From a virus (Duplodnaviria > Caudoviricetes), in IMG/VR virus record IMGVR_UViG_3300037603_000091, positions 1-59,381 of that record: a stretch of DNA of 59,381 nucleotides; one strand, 5' to 3'. Position numbers and translations under genes: made by a program. Positions 56,268 through 59,381 of the stretch are shown in pieces; the first letter of the stretch is position 1; each line of letters opens with the position of its first letter. Below the pieces are notes generated by a model. That model made no database searches and was not told the DNA's origin. It worked only from the letters and a program-made list of their open reading frames with translations.

Positions 56268-57199
56268 GTTCTATACCTGTTCTTCAGTCTACCGCCCTGC
56301 TGGGCGCGCTCATACTTGTCGAACTCACACAGCGTGTGCTCGACGGTTCTCATGTCCCATGGCTTGGACTTCCAGGGCCAGTTTGCCGTGTCCTGTGACA
56401 ACTCAAGCAGGCGCTGCATCAGGAACATCATGTCGTCCCGGTCCTCGGCGCTGTGGCGCTTGAAGAAGTCCTTGTCATAGTCGCAGAGGCGAGAGAGCCC
56501 ACGGGCACATCCCGGTCCTGGGTTGGCCCAGGTCATGATGTCCGGAGCCTTGTCAAGCAGCGGCGTGTGATAGAGGTCGGTGACGATCTCGTATGCCATG
56601 AACTGCCCGAGGAAGGGGAACGATTGGAGCCAGTTCCAAACTTGTTCTAGCCTCAAAGTTCCAGATTGAATCTTCATGAGATTGGAAAATTCTCGTGCAT
56701 CAAATTTCGGATGGTGTCCATACTTGCGATAAGTTTCATCGTGCAAAAGCTCACCGTCTTTGGTGCGGAACCACTCGATGCACTGAAGCACACCGTCCAG
56801 CTTGTTCATTCCGTTGGGCGTCTTGATGATGTAGGCACCTGTGACAACAGGCGCAACTCCAGCAAGCTGTAGTCCAACTTCAAGAGATGACCACTCTCGC
56901 TCTCCGAGGAGCCACGGCAGGATCCTCTCTCCCGTCTCGACGCGGTTGAACCACCTGAAAGCCACAGTGGCAAAGAGCTGCTGGGCAGGATCCTCATCCA
57001 GTTTCGATCTAACGTTCTCTGCAAACCAGCGCGTGACTCGGTCGTCTTCTCTCTCGACATTGCAGAACCTCCAGTTCTGTAGCACAGGGTCAGCGGTGTA
57101 CTGTCCCGATGGCACGCCGGAGCGAGGGATGCCCATGTCTTTTGCAAGACGGACCTTCTCCCGCTCCCGCGCATATGCGAAGAAGTCGTCGCTACGCAT
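56264..57199 (-). CDS. aGPT-Pplase1 / 5-hmdU DNA kinase helical-domain protein (start MRSDDF)
   Basis: DPVL..WRFCNV.REDDRVT, FRWFN..ET, GAYII, G.FMAYEIVTDL, GPG..RGL, EHTLCEFDKY.R. Confidence 0.85.
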   Translation of the reverse strand: MRSDDFFAYAREREKVRLAKDMGIPRSGVPSGQYTADPVLQNWRFCNVEREDDRVTRWFAENVRSKLDEDPAQQLFATVAFRWFNRVETGERILPWLLGEREWSSLEVGLQLAGVAPVVTGAYIIKTPNGMNKLDGVLQCIEWFRTKDGELLHDETYRKYGHHPKFDAREFSNLMKIQSGTLRLEQVWNWLQSFPFLGQFMAYEIVTDLYHTPLLDKAPDIMTWANPGPGCARGLSRLCDYDKDFFKRHSAEDRDDMMFLMQRLLELSQDTANWPWKSKPWDMRTVEHTLCEFDKYERAQQGGRLKNRYRT

Positions 57200-57611
57200 C
57201 TGGTGCAGTGACCTCGATGTAGCCACGCTCAGAGTCCCAGCGGATGTCGGCCAGTGTGCCTCCCATCTCGCGGAACTTGCCAACAGTACCACAGGTGCGA
57301 TACAGCTCGTAGTGAGCACGGGCCGTGGACCCATGGCGCTTGGGATTCTCCAACTCAACCAGGTAGATGCGACTGTCCGGATGAATTGAGGACTTGCGGC
57401 CAGCGCCAGTGTTGCGAGGACGGGGCTCCTCGATTGGCGGGGCGATCTGTTCCAGGATCGGCACGATGCGCTTGATGGCAGTCGCCTTGTCGCTGAACTT
57501 CTTGAGCGATTCACCAGTCACATCATTGTAGAGCTCGACCAGCTCAGGCCCGCTCAGGCCCTCAAGGTCTTCTTCAGACGTGATCATGGTGTCTTTGAAT
57601 TGGTACTTCAT
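57192..57611 (-). CDS. Hypothetical putative DNA-binding protein (NPK..GS...ADIRWD..RG domain)
   Basis: Strong RBS and promoter; first gene of modification operon. Confidence 0.75.
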   Translation of the reverse strand: MKYQFKDTMITSEEDLEGLSGPELVELYNDVTGESLKKFSDKATAIKRIVPILEQIAPPIEEPRPRNTGAGRKSSIHPDSRIYLVELENPKRHGSTARAHYELYRTCGTVGKFREMGGTLADIRWDSERGYIEVTAPDA

Positions 57612-57639
57612 GTTCCTGTCTCCTTTTCTAGACGAGACC

Positions 57640-57672
57640 TCAATACCTCAGGATGTTGCAGAAGTAAACCCC
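57640..57672 (-). promoter_or_regulatory. Putative promoter GGGG-TTTACT-N17-TATTGA
   Basis: Repeated family; twin of 46388..46420. Confidence 0.55.
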
Positions 57673-58148
57673 ACTGGCGAATATTTTTCCAAAACCTCTC
57701 TAAAGTACTCCCGAGCCCTGGCCCTGTTCTCATCGCAGTTCCAGAACCTGTTGCACCCGGAGGTGTGGGGAACCACGGTGCATGTGAAGCCCCAATCAGA
57801 GTTGTTGCGGTGCTCGAAGAAGTCCATCGTTGCCTTGGGATATCCGAACGCCACAGCAGTGTTGCGTCCCAGGAATATCACGTGTCGACCACCAAAGTGC
57901 TGGCGGTGAACCGCAGCTGCCTCCCGAGCCTTCTTCATTGGGAACTTGTCACCCTTGATGTTCTTGTCAGATCCAGGATAGAACGGAAGACAGTTCACTC
58001 TGTCAAATGCTGAGAGATACGTCTCCGGTGATATTCCGATGAGCTTGACGAGGCGATCGCCCGAGCTGTGCTCTGGCAGGGGATGAAGAGGCTCCCTAGG
58101 ATTTGTCTTTCTTCCTGGAGCCATCCCCACGAGAATTGGTCTCTTCAT
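57648..58148 (-). CDS. Uracil-DNA glycosylase superfamily protein
   Basis: ILVGMAPG, SGDRL, RVN, VIFLG, PHTSGCNRFWN. Confidence 0.7.
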   Translation of the reverse strand: MKRPILVGMAPGRKTNPREPLHPLPEHSSGDRLVKLIGISPETYLSAFDRVNCLPFYPGSDKNIKGDKFPMKKAREAAAVHRQHFGGRHVIFLGRNTAVAFGYPKATMDFFEHRNNSDWGFTCTVVPHTSGCNRFWNCDENRARAREYFREVLEKYSPVGFTSATS

Positions 58149-58962
58149 AAACTTCTCTCCCTTTCTTCTCCCACCATCTCTTGAACCCTGACACCTGTTG
58201 AGCAGTTATCCCATACTCTTCAGCCAGGTCAACTCCACGCTCGCCCGAGAGGCGACGCTTGGCTATCTCAATCTGCTTCTCAAGAGGCACGCCACTCCGG
58301 CCCCTCGTGGACCTGCCACGGCGCACCATGTCCATGCTGTTCTCAGCATGTGTTCCTGTCTCAAGATGCTCGGGGTTCACACATCCAGGATTGTCGCACT
58401 TGTGTCGCACAACATGTCCATCGGGGATGTCCCCGCCGTGTATGCGCCAGCTGATTCTATGCGCTTGATGACAGGTTCCATTGATGTACATGACACCATA
58501 GCCACCAGCGTTCTTGGTTCCACCCCACTCCCAACAACCGCTGTCAGGATTAGAGTGCAGGGGAGTTGAGTACCACATCTCCAACTCGTTGGGAAGAATG
58601 CCAATCTCATTGGCTGCCCTGAGAAGGTCCAGTCGCACGGCATTCTTGTCGCTCGGACAGACCCTGTCATCAATCAGCATGTCATGAAGCTGAGCGTCCA
58701 GAATTATGGAAGCAGTTGCTATTATGTGCGCAAAGTGAGACAGTCCTGACTCAACATCATGATCTTGTCCGTTTTCCAGAGCAATTAGATGCCTGTAGAT
58801 TGCTCCAATGTATCCAGTGAGAGATATGGGCTTCTCCCGCCAGTTCATTGGACCATACTTCATGGCACCAAGGCGACAGGCCATGGCTGCCTCAACCATG
58901 CCTGTCTTTGGCAGGAGATGCATCGGAACTCTGTTCAGAGCCGCCCTGTCCTTGGGGTTCAT
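58096..58962 (-). CDS. dATP/dGTP diphosphohydrolase-like domain (DUF5664) fused to HNH endonuclease and HTH
   Basis: GAMKYG..NWR, RHL...GQD.D.ESGLSH.AH; then CWEW.G...GYG, AHRISW, RHKCDNPGCVNPEHL..GT..EN..D. Confidence 0.85.
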   Translation of the reverse strand: MNPKDRAALNRVPMHLLPKTGMVEAAMACRLGAMKYGPMNWREKPISLTGYIGAIYRHLIALENGQDHDVESGLSHFAHIIATASIILDAQLHDMLIDDRVCPSDKNAVRLDLLRAANEIGILPNELEMWYSTPLHSNPDSGCWEWGGTKNAGGYGVMYINGTCHQAHRISWRIHGGDIPDGHVVRHKCDNPGCVNPEHLETGTHAENSMDMVRRGRSTRGRSGVPLEKQIEIAKRRLSGERGVDLAEEYGITAQQVSGFKRWWEKKGREVYEETNSRGDGSRKKDKS

Positions 58963-59381
58963 GAGCACTCCTTCTGTCCAGTATCAGGATCGATGTAGCA
59001 GGCAGCGCCCTCCTCGACCTCCGGGCCATTGCTGCCCTCGTCGGTTCCGAGAATGCCGAAGCGCTTTCCGCCTGCGTTGAATGTTGTGCAGCCCTTGGCA
59101 CCGCCCTCCCATGCCTTGACATAGATGGCCTTGAAATCCTCCCATGCCATGTTCGGAGACACGTTGCAGGTCTTGGACACAGCTGAGTCAACAAGGCGAG
59201 CGCATGCTGCCAGAACTGTCACATGCTCCTCCGCTGTGACCTCCTCCGCGCGCTTGCCGAGCACGCCGAACTCGCGAGCACCATAGTCCGTCACGCGCTC
59301 CACAACTGGACCGTCGAAGGTCTGAATGGTGCGATCGTATCCATATGACCACACTGGCTCGATGCCAGATGAGACGTTGTC
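58959..59381 (-). CDS. nrdJ: Class II ribonucleotide reductase, C-terminal part (joined to 1..1420)
   Basis: VSSGIEP, VDSAVSKTCN, AKGCTTF, C-terminal CYIDPDTGQKECS. Confidence 0.9.
   Translation of the reverse strand, partial: DNVSSGIEPVWSYGYDRTIQTFDGPVVERVTDYGAREFGVLGKRAEEVTAEEHVTVLAACARLVDSAVSKTCNVSPNMAWEDFKAIYVKAWEGGAKGCTTFNAGGKRFGILGTDEGSNGPEVEEGAACYIDPDTGQKECS
59255..59381. repeat. Duplicate of 1..127 (assembly overlap)
   Basis: Exact identity. Confidence 0.95.

Noticed and set aside
53547-58962. 2-aminoadenine (Z) or 7-deazaguanine genome
   Set aside because: HD and DUF5664 domains are present but no PurZ, QueC/D/E, FolE or DpdA is recognisable
59255-59381. Terminal direct repeat as a biological genome end
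   Set aside because: 127 bp matches a typical k-mer overlap and falls mid-gene in nrdJ
1-59381. Stop-codon reassignment, tRNA genes, DGR/retron, introns or inteins
   Set aside because: Conserved genes are full length in the standard code; no cloverleaf, reverse transcriptase or intein motifs noticed by eye, though tRNAscan/Infernal would be needed to exclude RNAs

Overview
The window is a complete, circularly permuted tailed-phage genome of about 59.25 kb. The first and last 127 bp are identical (assembly overlap), which splits the class II ribonucleotide reductase across the ends. Gene content and order resemble YuA/phiJL001-like siphoviruses. The GTA-like tail cassette and CtrA-type boxes point to an alphaproteobacterial host (inference). 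Almost all genes lie on the minus strand, in a replication/nucleotide-metabolism arc and a packaging-head-tail-lysis arc. The most notable signals are three. (1) A thymine-hypermodification operon pairs a dUMP hydroxymethylase and a 5-hmdU-DNA-kinase-like helical protein with a TAGT/JGT-type glycosyltransferase, with no recognisable amino-acid:DNA transferase; this predicts a sugar-bearing hydroxymethyluracil. (2) Three plus-strand gene islands inside the head/packaging operon each carry a promoter of identical geometry with a CtrA-like TTAA-N7-TTAA box; two boxes overlap the -35 of divergent late promoters and one covers the terL start. The cargo includes an orphan HicA-like protein, a papain-fold protein and a Flp-pilin-like micropeptide. 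(3) Two non-coding GAGTA-iteron elements with an identical 33-bp core and identical spacing sit at the two module boundaries. All family assignments come from motif recognition by eye; no database searches were run.
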